From assembly GCA_029564765.1 (NCBI GenBank), contig JAKQPK010000019.1:27919-91918 (forward strand): DNA of 64,000 nt, written 5' to 3'. This document shows, in pieces, positions 1 through 9,706 of this stretch. This DNA is from Candidatus Omnitrophota bacterium (GTDB taxonomy: Bacteria; Omnitrophota; Gorgyraeia; Zapsychrales; Aceulaceae). The position numbers and the translations under genes were made by a program. The notes beneath the pieces were generated by a model. The model did no database searches, was not told where the DNA came from, and saw only the letters and a list, made by a program, of their open reading frames with translations. The stretch's first letter is position 1; each line of letters starts with the position of its first letter.

Positions 1-28
1 TGGCATCTTATCTGATCAAATCACGCTT

Positions 29-574
29 CTAATACCGGTCATAAATCGGCCAAATAGGGTCAGGGGCCCACTTTGCAGCAGCCGCGCCAGGATCAATAGA
101 TCCTTCTTTCTTCTTCAAGGCATCCACAGAGCTAGTGATATCAAAGATCAAGTCTTTTTTCTCACCCGTCGCGATGACCGTAATATCTAAATTATCGAAA
201 TAGCGGCTATTGGCTGAATAATACGCCTCAACTTCTTGATGGCCCCTGAATATCCAATCTATTTCCGGACGCCCAAATCTTTGCGCAAGGTACAGCATTT
301 CACCTTCAAAAACCGCTTTCTCAAAGATATCTTCCGCGCATTCCCATGTATCACAAGAAGAATAATCACCAATATCGTGCAGCAAGATCGCTTGATCAAA
401 ATTCTTACCGTCTCCATCGTCATGTAAATATCTCTGAAAAGCTTGGCTTTGCCCGCAGACGACATCTGCGCACAACAAAGTAACCACGCAACATAGAACA
501 CCAGCGGATACCCCAACTTTTTTAATAATCACATCCTTAGAAGATATTCTGAAAATTTTCTTGGGCGCAGTCAT
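29..574 (-). CDS. Hypothetical exported protein
   Basis: Start moved to the ATG at 574 (ATGA overlap with the NUDIX stop, GGAG upstream). Basic then hydrophobic N-terminus suggests a signal peptide. Acidic mature part (DGDG...YFD...FDIT). Confidence 0.6.
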   Translation of the reverse strand: MTAPKKIFRISSKDVIIKKVGVSAGVLCCVVTLLCADVVCGQSQAFQRYLHDDGDGKNFDQAILLHDIGDYSSCDTWECAEDIFEKAVFEGEMLYLAQRFGRPEIDWIFRGHQEVEAYYSANSRYFDNLDITVIATGEKKDLIFDITSSVDALKKKEGSIDPGAAAAKWAPDPIWPIYDRY

Positions 575-1065
575 AAAACTCCGCAAAAAGTTAAAGCGCA
601 AACAGTTTTTCCATCAACGATCTTCCCTTCGCGAAACATCCTTTGCACTTGCGCGCGCGAAAGAACAACAGGCTCAAGCAACTCATCATCATCTTTCTGA
701 GCAGATGCGCAGGCAAGATCATAAGCAGCATATATATGGATCACTTCCGTTGAATACCCCGGGACGGGATATATGAACCCTTTGTACATAAAGCGCCTTG
801 CCTGGTAGCTGGTTTCTTCAGCGAGTTCGCGTTTCGCGCATGCAAGGCGCGATTCACCCGACTCAAGGGTTCCTGCCGGAAGCTCATAAATATATTTTTT
901 AAGAGTTGCTCGATACTGACGGATAAAAACGATCAAGGAAGGTTTCAAAAAAGGAACGAGCACGACAGCTCCAGGGTGAATGACCTTCTCCAGCCTCACG
1001 CGCATACCGCTGGGAAGGCGAACAAACTCTTGAACATAGGTAAATTTCTTTCCCTTAACCCTCAT
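571..1065 (-). CDS. nudF: NUDIX hydrolase, ADP-ribose pyrophosphatase-like
   Basis: HPGAV, QYR, ELPAG and Nudix box GTLESGES..CAKRELAEET; C-terminal IVDGKT. Confidence 0.8.
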   Translation of the reverse strand: MRVKGKKFTYVQEFVRLPSGMRVRLEKVIHPGAVVLVPFLKPSLIVFIRQYRATLKKYIYELPAGTLESGESRLACAKRELAEETSYQARRFMYKGFIYPVPGYSTEVIHIYAAYDLACASAQKDDDELLEPVVLSRAQVQRMFREGKIVDGKTVCALTFCGVL

Positions 1066-1787
1066 GTCCGTTTCCTTTTCTCCAGCAAAAAAAGTGTTGG
1101 TCTTTTATCAACAGACGGCATATTCTCACGCCAGCGCTCAATGGTCATCGTTTTAATAAACTGATTTGCTCCGCACAGATCACAGGCAATGCATAGCCAC
1201 GTATCCTTGTCACAAAAGGAGAAGACATCGTTCAACAAACTTTCATTGCGATAAGGGGCTTCCATGAAGATCTGTGTTTCTCTGTCCTGCCAGGAGCGTT
1301 GTTCAAGGCCCTGCAAGGCGCGGATGCGCTCGTTCTTATCCTTAGGCAAATATCCATGAAAACAAAAGCGCTGTCCGTTGAGCCCTGAGGACATCAAGGC
1401 CAACAGGATCGCGGAAGGGCCGACCAACGGAACAACTTCTGCTCCGCGGCGATGAGCCTCCAGAACGATCTGATTGCCAGGGTCGGCAACGCATGGGGCA
1501 CCCGCTTCCGATAACAGTCCGCAATCCCGAGCTCCGATCTCATCGAGGATCTTCAATGCCTCACCTGCAAGATGATGCTCGTTATAAACAAAAAAGATCG
1601 CCTCGCGCAATGGAAAATCCTTAAAAAGACTTTTGAGATAGCGTCGAGCAGTTTTCTCCTCTTCAACGATGAAAATGCGCAATCCCTGGACGATCCTAGA
1701 AACGCTCTCAGGGATATCCTGCGACTGACCTTCATCATGGATAGAGGTTGGAATAAGATATAATTTAGCCATTTTGCTAGAGTTCAT
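1062..1787 (-). CDS. rsmI: Tetrapyrrole-methylase-fold SAM methyltransferase, 16S rRNA C1402 2'-O-methyltransferase-like
   Basis: LYLIPT, LLSEAGAPCVADPG, VVPLVGPSAILLAL..SG, FHGYLP, FMEAPYR motifs. Confidence 0.75.
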   Translation of the reverse strand: MNSSKMAKLYLIPTSIHDEGQSQDIPESVSRIVQGLRIFIVEEEKTARRYLKSLFKDFPLREAIFFVYNEHHLAGEALKILDEIGARDCGLLSEAGAPCVADPGNQIVLEAHRRGAEVVPLVGPSAILLALMSSGLNGQRFCFHGYLPKDKNERIRALQGLEQRSWQDRETQIFMEAPYRNESLLNDVFSFCDKDTWLCIACDLCGANQFIKTMTIERWRENMPSVDKRPTLFLLEKRKRT

Positions 1788-1808
1788 TTCTTCATATCGA
1801 AAACTGAC

Positions 1809-2516
1809 TTACAAAGATAATCCTTGGTACAGATCCGCCTTGCGCAATAAGAATATCATGACAGGCAGAAAAATATATACCAAAACAATGGTCCAGGCAA
1901 AAATGGAAATTGTGATCGACAAAAAATCTGTCAAAATATGCAAGAATCGCCATCTTGGTTGCAGATCATCAAAAGCATTACGCACGCCCTTCTTCTTATC
2001 TTCGATAGCCTTCAACTCGTAGATCTTTTTTGTATGAACGATCTCACCGCTCAACGCATCCTTGAGGATATTTAAAAACATCTGATTGTATTGGCATTTT
2101 TCTGGCGTATGTGTTCCGGCCACGTACTTGCAATCACACTCAGAGCAATACGAGTCGTATCGCATATGAAAAAAATTAGAATCTAGCAAATTATAGATAA
2201 GCCACGGAAGGTTAAAAATATCAGAAAGGTTGAACGGCCTTATCAGAAAACGATCATACTCGCGACCATACTGAAGAAGGTGCTTGTTGATCCGGTGTAT
2301 CATGGTTATGGATTTATCGCCAAAATAGCTGGCGAAGATATACTGCATATGACGGTCAACATGACCGATATTCTTTCCCTGAACATAGCGCCTGATAAAA
2401 CGCTTGCGCGTGTGCATCAGCGCTTCTTCCATGGATATATCGACCAAGTCCGCCCCGCAATGACTACAGCACATTCCCGTGCTGATAAAGATATAACACT
2501 TCGGACAAACACGCAT
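1809..2516 (-). CDS. Hypothetical membrane protein with Cys/His metal-binding motifs
   Basis: N-terminal CPKC..CSHC ribbon, internal CSEC..H....C, one C-terminal TM segment; in operon context. Confidence 0.65.
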   Translation of the reverse strand: MRVCPKCYIFISTGMCCSHCGADLVDISMEEALMHTRKRFIRRYVQGKNIGHVDRHMQYIFASYFGDKSITMIHRINKHLLQYGREYDRFLIRPFNLSDIFNLPWLIYNLLDSNFFHMRYDSYCSECDCKYVAGTHTPEKCQYNQMFLNILKDALSGEIVHTKKIYELKAIEDKKKGVRNAFDDLQPRWRFLHILTDFLSITISIFAWTIVLVYIFLPVMIFLLRKADLYQGLSL

Positions 2517-2522
2517 AAACGG

Positions 2523-3149
2523 CTACGCTCCTAAAACATCTTCTGGACGGCTTATTTTCTCCCACATTTTAAAGATCATTAAGAAAGGAGTGATGGTCAA
2601 GGTTAAAAGGCTTGCCACAGGAAAGAAATCCGCAAGGCAAATAGCTAATAATGAAAAAATGATGCAGAAGACCAGCAACCTGCGCTGTTTGACGATGACC
2701 GCGGCAGGAAGGTTTTCATGCACCAGGCGATGCTTGTGTGTCGCGTAAGCCCAATGGGCATAAAAAAGAACATTGATAATAAGAATGTTGACCTCAAAGG
2801 CAAGGATGGGGAACAAAAAGTGTCCATGATTGCCAAGCATTAAAGATGACAGCGGGATAAAAGAAACGAACATCAAAAGGGCGAGGTTTAAGAATATGAA
2901 CATCGGATCAACTGATCGGATAAAATGTGATTGCCGATGATGCTCCAACCATAAAACCCCCAGCAAAAAGAAGCTAAGGCCATAAGCAAAGAAATTAGTA
3001 TCAAGCTGGATAAAAAATAAAAAAAAGTCCCTCTCGCTTTGAGGCGCTCTTTGAACAAAAACTTCACTAAAATTCAAGACCAAAACGGTCATGACAATCG
3101 CAAAAATCCCATCAACTAAAGTTTCCAATCGGTTTGTTTTTAAACGCAT
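2523..3149 (-). CDS. TMEM175-family (DUF1211) potassium channel
   Basis: RLETLVDGIFAIVMTVLVL signature, W..HH motif, about 6 TM helices. Confidence 0.85.
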   Translation of the reverse strand: MRLKTNRLETLVDGIFAIVMTVLVLNFSEVFVQRAPQSERDFFLFFIQLDTNFFAYGLSFFLLGVLWLEHHRQSHFIRSVDPMFIFLNLALLMFVSFIPLSSLMLGNHGHFLFPILAFEVNILIINVLFYAHWAYATHKHRLVHENLPAAVIVKQRRLLVFCIIFSLLAICLADFFPVASLLTLTITPFLMIFKMWEKISRPEDVLGA

Positions 3150-3152
3150 ATA

Positions 3153-4310
3153 CTACCTTCTCTTGCAAGATTTTAACAACTTCGCCGCTCTGCTTCCTAA
3201 AAGACACGTGATCTCATAACTGATCGTACCCGCGATACGCGCGAGCTCATCAGCGCAGATCTCATTCTTTCCTTGCCGCCCCAAAACACAGACCTCATCA
3301 CCGATCTTGACACGCGCAACATGGCTTATGTCTGCCATGATCTGGTCCATCGTGACGGTCCCTAAGACAGGACATCTTTGGCCATGAATCAGAACGTCTG
3401 TTTTATTAGAGAATGTCCGTAAATATCCGTCATTATAGCCGATCGCGATCGTAGCGATCCTCATCCCTTGAGACGCTATGAAGCGATGTCCATAGCTAAT
3501 ACCTTGGCCCTTTGCAACTTTCTTCACAAAGGTAACGCGGGATTTCACGCTCATAACAGGCCTTAATGAGATCCTTGCCCTAACATTAGAGGCTGGATAT
3601 AGGCCATATAAGATAAGGCCTGCCCTTGCCATCGTAAAACCCTTAAGAGGGTAAACTGCGATCCCCATGCTGTTAGCTGCGTGGATGTGCTCAAAATGAA
3701 TAGAAGTATTCTTTTGGATATCTCGCACAATAGATAAAAATTCTTTTTGCTGGCGCAAGGTAAAGGGGCGGTCTTTATCGGACAACGGAAAATGCGTGCA
3801 AATGCCTTCGATCTTAAGCCAAGGGAGATCTGATATGCTGCGCGTAAAAAATAAGGCGTCTTGAGCAGCAACGCCCAAACGCCCCATACCCGTATCGACC
3901 TTGATATGAACAGGAATCTTTCGATGTTGTTTCGCCCCTAAAGCATTAAGCGCTTGAGCAAGCTCGTCCGTACAGATAATGGGAGTGATCTTATTTTCAG
4001 CTAAATATTTTGCGTGCTCAACAAGAGTGTTCTCGACCATTAAGATCGGGACTTTTATGCCTGCCTTGCGCAACGCGATCCCTTCATGCAGGTCAGAGAT
4101 CCCCAGCATATCAACGCCTCTTCGTTCCAGCAATTTCGCGATCGGGATATTTCCATGACCATACGCATCAGCCTTGATGACGCACAACACCTTAACTTGT
4201 TGGCCCGCGGCTTTCTTGATCACTGAAAAATTATGCTCAACAGCCTTCAAGTCGATCTCTGCCCATGCCATGGCAGGCGCGAATCTTTCTTGCGTGCTAG
4301 GGCTATTCAT
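3153..4310 (-). CDS. alr: Alanine racemase
   Basis: VIKADAYGHG (PLP Lys), HIKVDTGMGRLG, GYNDG, GTISYE; ATG at 4310 overlaps the tsaB stop. Confidence 0.95.
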   Translation of the reverse strand: MNSPSTQERFAPAMAWAEIDLKAVEHNFSVIKKAAGQQVKVLCVIKADAYGHGNIPIAKLLERRGVDMLGISDLHEGIALRKAGIKVPILMVENTLVEHAKYLAENKITPIICTDELAQALNALGAKQHRKIPVHIKVDTGMGRLGVAAQDALFFTRSISDLPWLKIEGICTHFPLSDKDRPFTLRQQKEFLSIVRDIQKNTSIHFEHIHAANSMGIAVYPLKGFTMARAGLILYGLYPASNVRARISLRPVMSVKSRVTFVKKVAKGQGISYGHRFIASQGMRIATIAIGYNDGYLRTFSNKTDVLIHGQRCPVLGTVTMDQIMADISHVARVKIGDEVCVLGRQGKNEICADELARIAGTISYEITCLLGSRAAKLLKSCKRR

Positions 4311-4996
4311 CGTTTCACCTGGCAATCTTGAGGATAAAGATACAATGGAACGATCGTCCGGCTATCGTCATATTTTCTTTGCTCGAATCTTGTCAATGAT
4401 AGTACGGCTAGCTGCTCAGCCTGAGGCAGCCAATGATTTTCATTCTCAAAGGAAACCTTGGACAAGCCGCGCGCAAAATGATGCTCGATGAGCGGTTGAT
4501 ATACGGCTATTCCATCACCAACAAAGATCGTTTCTTTCTTGATCAATGGAAAAAGATCCTTGATCCCGGCAAGAAAATAGCGCGATCTTCTTCTAAGCCC
4601 TTTAGATGACTTTGTATAAAATGCTGCGTAAACCATCTGTCGCTTGGCATCCGTAATAACGCAAATGTCTTGCGCCGCGGCCGTATTCACATTCATGGCG
4701 ATCGCATCCAAGCTTGAAATACCCACAACAGGTTTTTTGGTCGCAAGGCAGAACCCCTTGATCGTTGATAACCCAACCCGCAAACTTGTAAAAGAACCAG
4801 GCCCAAGCCCTACCGCGAACCCATCCAGCTTGGATAACGGCATTTTGGCTTTCTTTAATATCGAGTCAATAGCCGGGATAATGGAATCCGAAAGGATCTT
4901 ATCCAAGACAACATTATGGCTTGCTGCCGGCTCATTGTTCTTAAAGACCGCTAAACTAAAATTTTTCGTTGAAGTATCCAAAGCTAAAATATTCAT
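4307..4996 (-). CDS. tsaB: tRNA t6A biosynthesis protein TsaB
   Basis: ILALDTST, GLGPGSFTSLRVG, PLYL motifs. Confidence 0.93.
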   Translation of the reverse strand: MNILALDTSTKNFSLAVFKNNEPAASHNVVLDKILSDSIIPAIDSILKKAKMPLSKLDGFAVGLGPGSFTSLRVGLSTIKGFCLATKKPVVGISSLDAIAMNVNTAAAQDICVITDAKRQMVYAAFYTKSSKGLRRRSRYFLAGIKDLFPLIKKETIFVGDGIAVYQPLIEHHFARGLSKVSFENENHWLPQAEQLAVLSLTRFEQRKYDDSRTIVPLYLYPQDCQVKR

Positions 4997-4997
4997 A

Positions 4998-5459
4998 TTA
5001 CACCTTGATCATTTCAAGAATGGCACATCCCCTGTCGCCATGGCCATAAAAAGTCATGTGCCTTTTCTCGCCTGCCTTATGAGTAATAACGATCTTTAAG
5101 CACTCTTTGGGCATGAACGCGCCTAGTTTATCCGCCCACTCGACCACGCAGATCCCTTGGCCGTATAAAAAGTCCTCAACGCCTATACCGGCGAGTTCGC
5201 GATCGCTCTCGATACGGTATAGATCAAAATGGTAAAGATCTTTTTTGCCCTCATAGACGTTTAGGAATGTAAATGTCGGGCTGCTAACCGCATTCTTGCC
5301 GAACCCTAACCCCTGGGCAATGCCTTTGGTCAAAACCGTCTTGCCACATCCTAGATCGCCCAGAAGACAAATAATATCTTTTGGCTTCAGCAAGCGTGCC
5401 AGTTGCTTGCCAAATTTAAGAGTTGCATAAGTTGATGGCGATAGAAATTCTTTGTGCAT
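4998..5459 (-). CDS. tsaE: tRNA t6A biosynthesis ATPase TsaE
   Basis: GDLGCGKT Walker A, SSPTF, HFDLYR, VEWAD. Confidence 0.95.
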   Translation of the reverse strand: MHKEFLSPSTYATLKFGKQLARLLKPKDIICLLGDLGCGKTVLTKGIAQGLGFGKNAVSSPTFTFLNVYEGKKDLYHFDLYRIESDRELAGIGVEDFLYGQGICVVEWADKLGAFMPKECLKIVITHKAGEKRHMTFYGHGDRGCAILEMIKV

Positions 5460-5460
5460 A

Positions 5461-6366
5461 CTAGAAATGCGTATATCCTTTTGGCTTCAAGGCTTTCAGA
5501 TATCCCCTGTTATCCCGAAGAAAAAGCTTCCTCGGCCCGCGAACGATCTCTCCGATGCAAAAAACCTTTAATGCGTTCTGCCCAAAAAGCTTTTTGGCCA
5601 CTCCTGCAGAGGTCGTAAATAAAAGTTCAAAATCCTCTCCATCAAATAATGCATTATCAAGCGTAGCATCTTTACTGAGAGGGATCGATGTGACATCGAG
5701 AATAGCGCTTTTCTCACTTTCCTGTAAAATATGACCCAGGTCCGCGGCCAATCCATCAGAAATATCGATCATCGCGCTCGGTTTAAAGGACTGGACCAAT
5801 TTTCTGGCCTCAGAAAGCCTTGGCGTGAACGAAAGATGTTTTTTGGTCGGAAAAGACCTCCCTAGCGGACCTGTAACAAATATCTTATCACCGGCCTTTG
5901 CGCCGGAACGCAACACCAGATGCGATCTTTCTACTTCCCCCAGCAAGGCGACATTAACGATCAAACAAGGGCTTTGTATCGTATCCCCGCCTACAATGCT
6001 CACGCAGAACTCCTTGGCCAATCCATTCATGCCGCGATAAATATCCTCAACATAGCGCAAACGGCATGTTTTTGGAAGGCCGATCGAAACAACGGCCGAT
6101 GTGGCCACTCCTCCCATAGCCGCGATATCACTTAAAGAACAAGCTAAGGCTTTACGTCCCACAAGACGTCCATTCTCTTTTGCGGAAAAATGAACGCCAG
6201 CGCACAAAAGATCTGTCGTGAAAAGAAGATGTTTTTCTTTTGTGAACGGCAAAACCGCAGCATCATCACCAATTCCTTTGATGATATTTTTCTGCAAATG
6301 GATACCTTTCGCTAAACGCGCGATAAGTCCAAACTCCCCTATTTCAGAAAGCGTCCTAGCGGTCAT
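5461..6366 (-). CDS. thiL: Thiamine-monophosphate kinase
   Basis: GEFGLI, GIGDDAA, SDIAAMGG, IDISDGL, GEDFEL, C-terminal GYTHF. Confidence 0.95.
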   Translation of the reverse strand: MTARTLSEIGEFGLIARLAKGIHLQKNIIKGIGDDAAVLPFTKEKHLLFTTDLLCAGVHFSAKENGRLVGRKALACSLSDIAAMGGVATSAVVSIGLPKTCRLRYVEDIYRGMNGLAKEFCVSIVGGDTIQSPCLIVNVALLGEVERSHLVLRSGAKAGDKIFVTGPLGRSFPTKKHLSFTPRLSEARKLVQSFKPSAMIDISDGLAADLGHILQESEKSAILDVTSIPLSKDATLDNALFDGEDFELLFTTSAGVAKKLFGQNALKVFCIGEIVRGPRKLFLRDNRGYLKALKPKGYTHF

Positions 6367-7405
6367 GGCCTATAAAATGCTTATAAATATTTTTCTTAAA
6401 CGAAGGACGAATGATCCCCTTCTCTGTCACGATACCCGTGATCAATCTATGCGGCGTAACATCAAAAGATGGGTTGTATGTCTTGACGCCCAAGGGCGCA
6501 ATGCGTTTCCCGGCAAGAAAAGTGATCTCCTTTCCATCGCGCTGCTCAATGACGATCTGTTTTCCGGATTGAATATTCTTATCAAAGGTCATCTCTGGAG
6601 CAACAATATAGAATGGAATACGATGATAATGCGCCAAAACTGCCAAACTGTACGTGCCGATCTTGTTAGCTGTATCACCGTTCGATGCGATGCGATCCGC
6701 TCCTGCAAAAATAATATCGATCTGGCCCTGAGCCATAAGACTTGCGGCCATACTGTCGCAGACGAGTGTCGTATCGACCTTCTCGCGCGTCAACTCCCAA
6801 GCAGTAAGCCTTGCCCCTTGCAAAAGCGGCCTCGTTTCACAAGCAAAGACCTTAAACTTCTTTCCTGCTTTCTTGGCTGAATACATGACACCTAACGCTG
6901 TTCCAAAATCCACGGTCGCAAGAGAGCCGGCATTACAGATCGTCAGGATACGCGAACCATTTTTGATCAGCTTGGCCCCGTGGATACCCATTTGGCGACA
7001 TACCCATCGATCTTCTTCAAAGATCGCCATGGCCTCTTGAAACAAAAGTTTTCTTGCTTTAAGAACAGATGCGTCAGGATGGTCTCTTAAGATGCACTGC
7101 ATACGGTCCAACGCGTTAAAGAGATTGACGGCGGTTGGACGTGACGAACCGATATAATGACAAAGCTTTTTTATCTGCGCGTCAAAACTTTTACGCTCTT
7201 TTGTCTTGATCTGCTTGAGCCCTAACAAAACCCCAAATGCGGCTGCGGCTCCCAAGGCTGGAGCTCCCCGGACAGCAAGGGTTCTAATCGCACGCCAAAG
7301 CTGGCTAACATTTTTGCAAGTAACAAATTTTAGCTGGAGAGGAAGTTTACGCTGATCAATAATGCGAATATGGTTTTGCGACCAGACAATCGTTGGGATA
7401 GCCAT
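6356..7405 (-). CDS. mtnA: S-methyl-5-thioribose-1-phosphate isomerase
   Basis: IDQRKLP, VRGAPA, RPTAVNL, ETRPLLQGARLTAWEL, ANKIGTY, NPSFDVTP. Confidence 0.95.
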   Translation of the reverse strand: MAIPTIVWSQNHIRIIDQRKLPLQLKFVTCKNVSQLWRAIRTLAVRGAPALGAAAAFGVLLGLKQIKTKERKSFDAQIKKLCHYIGSSRPTAVNLFNALDRMQCILRDHPDASVLKARKLLFQEAMAIFEEDRWVCRQMGIHGAKLIKNGSRILTICNAGSLATVDFGTALGVMYSAKKAGKKFKVFACETRPLLQGARLTAWELTREKVDTTLVCDSMAASLMAQGQIDIIFAGADRIASNGDTANKIGTYSLAVLAHYHRIPFYIVAPEMTFDKNIQSGKQIVIEQRDGKEITFLAGKRIAPLGVKTYNPSFDVTPHRLITGIVTEKGIIRPSFKKNIYKHFIGHDR

Positions 7406-7413
7406 AATGTCCT

Positions 7414-8916
7414 TTATGCAGCCTCTTGCTCGATACGAGGAAAGAGGGCGTCATGACTCTTAAGCGTCACGCCTGATATCAGCTTGCCCCACACAGGCTC
7501 TGCGCCTTTCGCGCTTAAAATATCTAGAATGGTATCGGTCCTGGATGGCATAACAGGCGATAAAAGAACGGCGCTGATGCGCAAGCTTTCGGTCGCGACA
7601 TAAAGAATAGTCCCCGCGCGAGGCAGGTCCGCCTTAGCGACCTTCCAGGGAGCCTGTTTTTCAAGATATGCATTCACAAAACGCACGAGTTTCATGACCT
7701 CCTCGATAGCGTCATGCACCGCAAAACACGCGACAAGCTCTTTGACCTTTTCCGGTAACGCTTTAGCGATCTGCGTGACAGCCTCATCATCAGCGCTCAA
7801 GGTCTCACATCCGGGAATATTCTTATCAAAATATTTACCGATCAGGCCGCTCACGCGATTCAAGAGATTACCAAAATCATTTGCCAGGTCGCTGTTATAG
7901 CGCTTCACGAAAGCTTCCAGATTAAAATTCGCATCCTGCCCCAAGACCATTTCGCGCATGAGAAAGTAGCGTACCGCATCAACGCCATACTGATCGATCA
8001 GGTCCAGCGGGTTAACAACATTCCCTAAAGACTTGCTCATTTTGGTCTCACCGATAAGCCACCAACCGTGCGCAAAGATCCGCTCCGGTAAGGGCAAGCC
8101 TAAAGAGAACAACATCGTCGTCCAATAAACCGAATGCGTTGTCAGGATATCCTTAGCCATTAAATGGACCGTCGCGGGCCACCACATCTTAAACTTCTCT
8201 TCATCAGCGCCATACCCAATACCCGTCACGTAATTTAAAAGCGCGTCAAACCAGACATACGTGACATACTCTTTATCGAATGGCAGCTCAATACCCCAGC
8301 TCATGCGTGCCTTAGGCCTGGAGATGCACAGATCTGCCAATGGTTTTTTAAGAAATCCCAGGATCTCATTCTTGCGATGGTCTGGCTGAATAAATCCAGG
8401 ATGCGCGTTGATGTGATCGATCAGGGCTTGCTGATATTTGCTCATACGAAAGAACCAGTTGCGCTCTTTGAGCATCTTAACATCACGGAACGCGCCTGAT
8501 TCCTTTTCAGCTTCCGTTATAAATCTTTCCTCCGCGACAGAATACCATCCTTCGTATTCATCGGCATAAATATCCCCTTTGTCATAGACTTTCTGCAAAG
8601 CATCCTGCACAACCTTCACGTGACGGTCTTGGGTCGTGCGGATAAAGTCGCTGTATTCGATCCCTAATTTTTTCCACAGGTCCAGAAAGCGTGGTGCCAG
8701 ATCATCGCAATGCGCCTGCTCTGACATGCCGCGCTTCTGCGCAGCTTGCTGAACCTTCTGGCCATGCTCATCGAGTCCTGTTAAGAAAAAGACCTCGTCA
8801 CCCGCGCGTCGATGAAAACGCGTCAGAACATCCGCCAGGATCGTCGTGTACGCATGGCCGATATGCGGCTTATCGTTAACATAATAAATAGGGGTTGTGA
8901 TATAAAATTTACTCAT
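7414..8916 (-). CDS. metG: Methionine--tRNA ligase (short form)
   Basis: FYITTPIYYVN, HIGH, YVWFDAL, KMSKS; no C-terminal OB domain. Confidence 0.96.
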   Translation of the reverse strand: MSKFYITTPIYYVNDKPHIGHAYTTILADVLTRFHRRAGDEVFFLTGLDEHGQKVQQAAQKRGMSEQAHCDDLAPRFLDLWKKLGIEYSDFIRTTQDRHVKVVQDALQKVYDKGDIYADEYEGWYSVAEERFITEAEKESGAFRDVKMLKERNWFFRMSKYQQALIDHINAHPGFIQPDHRKNEILGFLKKPLADLCISRPKARMSWGIELPFDKEYVTYVWFDALLNYVTGIGYGADEEKFKMWWPATVHLMAKDILTTHSVYWTTMLFSLGLPLPERIFAHGWWLIGETKMSKSLGNVVNPLDLIDQYGVDAVRYFLMREMVLGQDANFNLEAFVKRYNSDLANDFGNLLNRVSGLIGKYFDKNIPGCETLSADDEAVTQIAKALPEKVKELVACFAVHDAIEEVMKLVRFVNAYLEKQAPWKVAKADLPRAGTILYVATESLRISAVLLSPVMPSRTDTILDILSAKGAEPVWGKLISGVTLKSHDALFPRIEQEAA

Positions 8917-9706
8917 CGCTGCCTTGACCAAAAATAACCTTTGTTGTTTTTCCTTCCCCTAGATCAACTTTAACGCTACGCTCAAGATAATTAACATCAA
9001 CGACCTCTCCTTTGCCTTGGGGAGTGTTGATCTTAGCGCCGCGTTTAGGCATGCCCTTGGCATATTGTTTATATAGGGGGAATTCATATCCCATGCAGCA
9101 TTTAATACGTCCACAAACTCCTGAAATGCGCGATGGGTTGATCGGCAGGTCCTGCTCTTTGGCCATTTTGATCGTAAGCGGAATGAATTCACGCATATAC
9201 GATGTGCAGCACAAAACCCGGCCGCAACATCCTACGCCCCCGACAGATTTAGCTTGATCGCGAACCCCTATTTGTTTTAACTCAATACGCGCGTGAAAGA
9301 GGCCCGCCAGCTCTTTGACAAGATTGCGAAAATCTACACGCTCCTCAGAGATAAAAAAGAAAACGACCTTACTGTTATCGAAGCTGTATTCCCCATGAAC
9401 GATCTTCATCGACAATTTCTGCTCTGCAACTTTCTTTTCGCAGGCCGCGACTGCTTCCTTGGCCTTCTCTTTATTGCGAGCGATACGATTAAGGTCTTCC
9501 ACAGAGGCGAGCCGAATGACCTTTCCTGGCAGGTTTTCGATGCGCCCGTCAGGAGAAGCTTCCAGCTCACAAACAACCTTGCCATACTCAGTTGAGCGCT
9601 CAACAGATAAGATCACCATGTCTCCGCGCTTACATTCCACATCCTTAAGATTATATAATCCTAACCCTCGATACTCTCCTAGATGTATTTGAACTACCTT
9701 TTCCAT
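8909..9706 (-). CDS. ricT: PSP1/YaaT (RicT) family Fe-S regulatory protein
   Basis: ERVDFR, RIELKQIGVRD, GCCGRVLCC, ISGVCGRIKCC; holB-yaaT-metG synteny. Confidence 0.9.
   Translation of the reverse strand: MEKVVQIHLGEYRGLGLYNLKDVECKRGDMVILSVERSTEYGKVVCELEASPDGRIENLPGKVIRLASVEDLNRIARNKEKAKEAVAACEKKVAEQKLSMKIVHGEYSFDNSKVVFFFISEERVDFRNLVKELAGLFHARIELKQIGVRDQAKSVGGVGCCGRVLCCTSYMREFIPLTIKMAKEQDLPINPSRISGVCGRIKCCMGYEFPLYKQYAKGMPKRGAKINTPQGKGEVVDVNYLERSVKVDLGEGKTTKVIFGQGSDE

Noticed and set aside
6218-6880. 220-aa plus-strand ORF
   Set aside because: Antisense shadow of mtnA/thiL, no motifs
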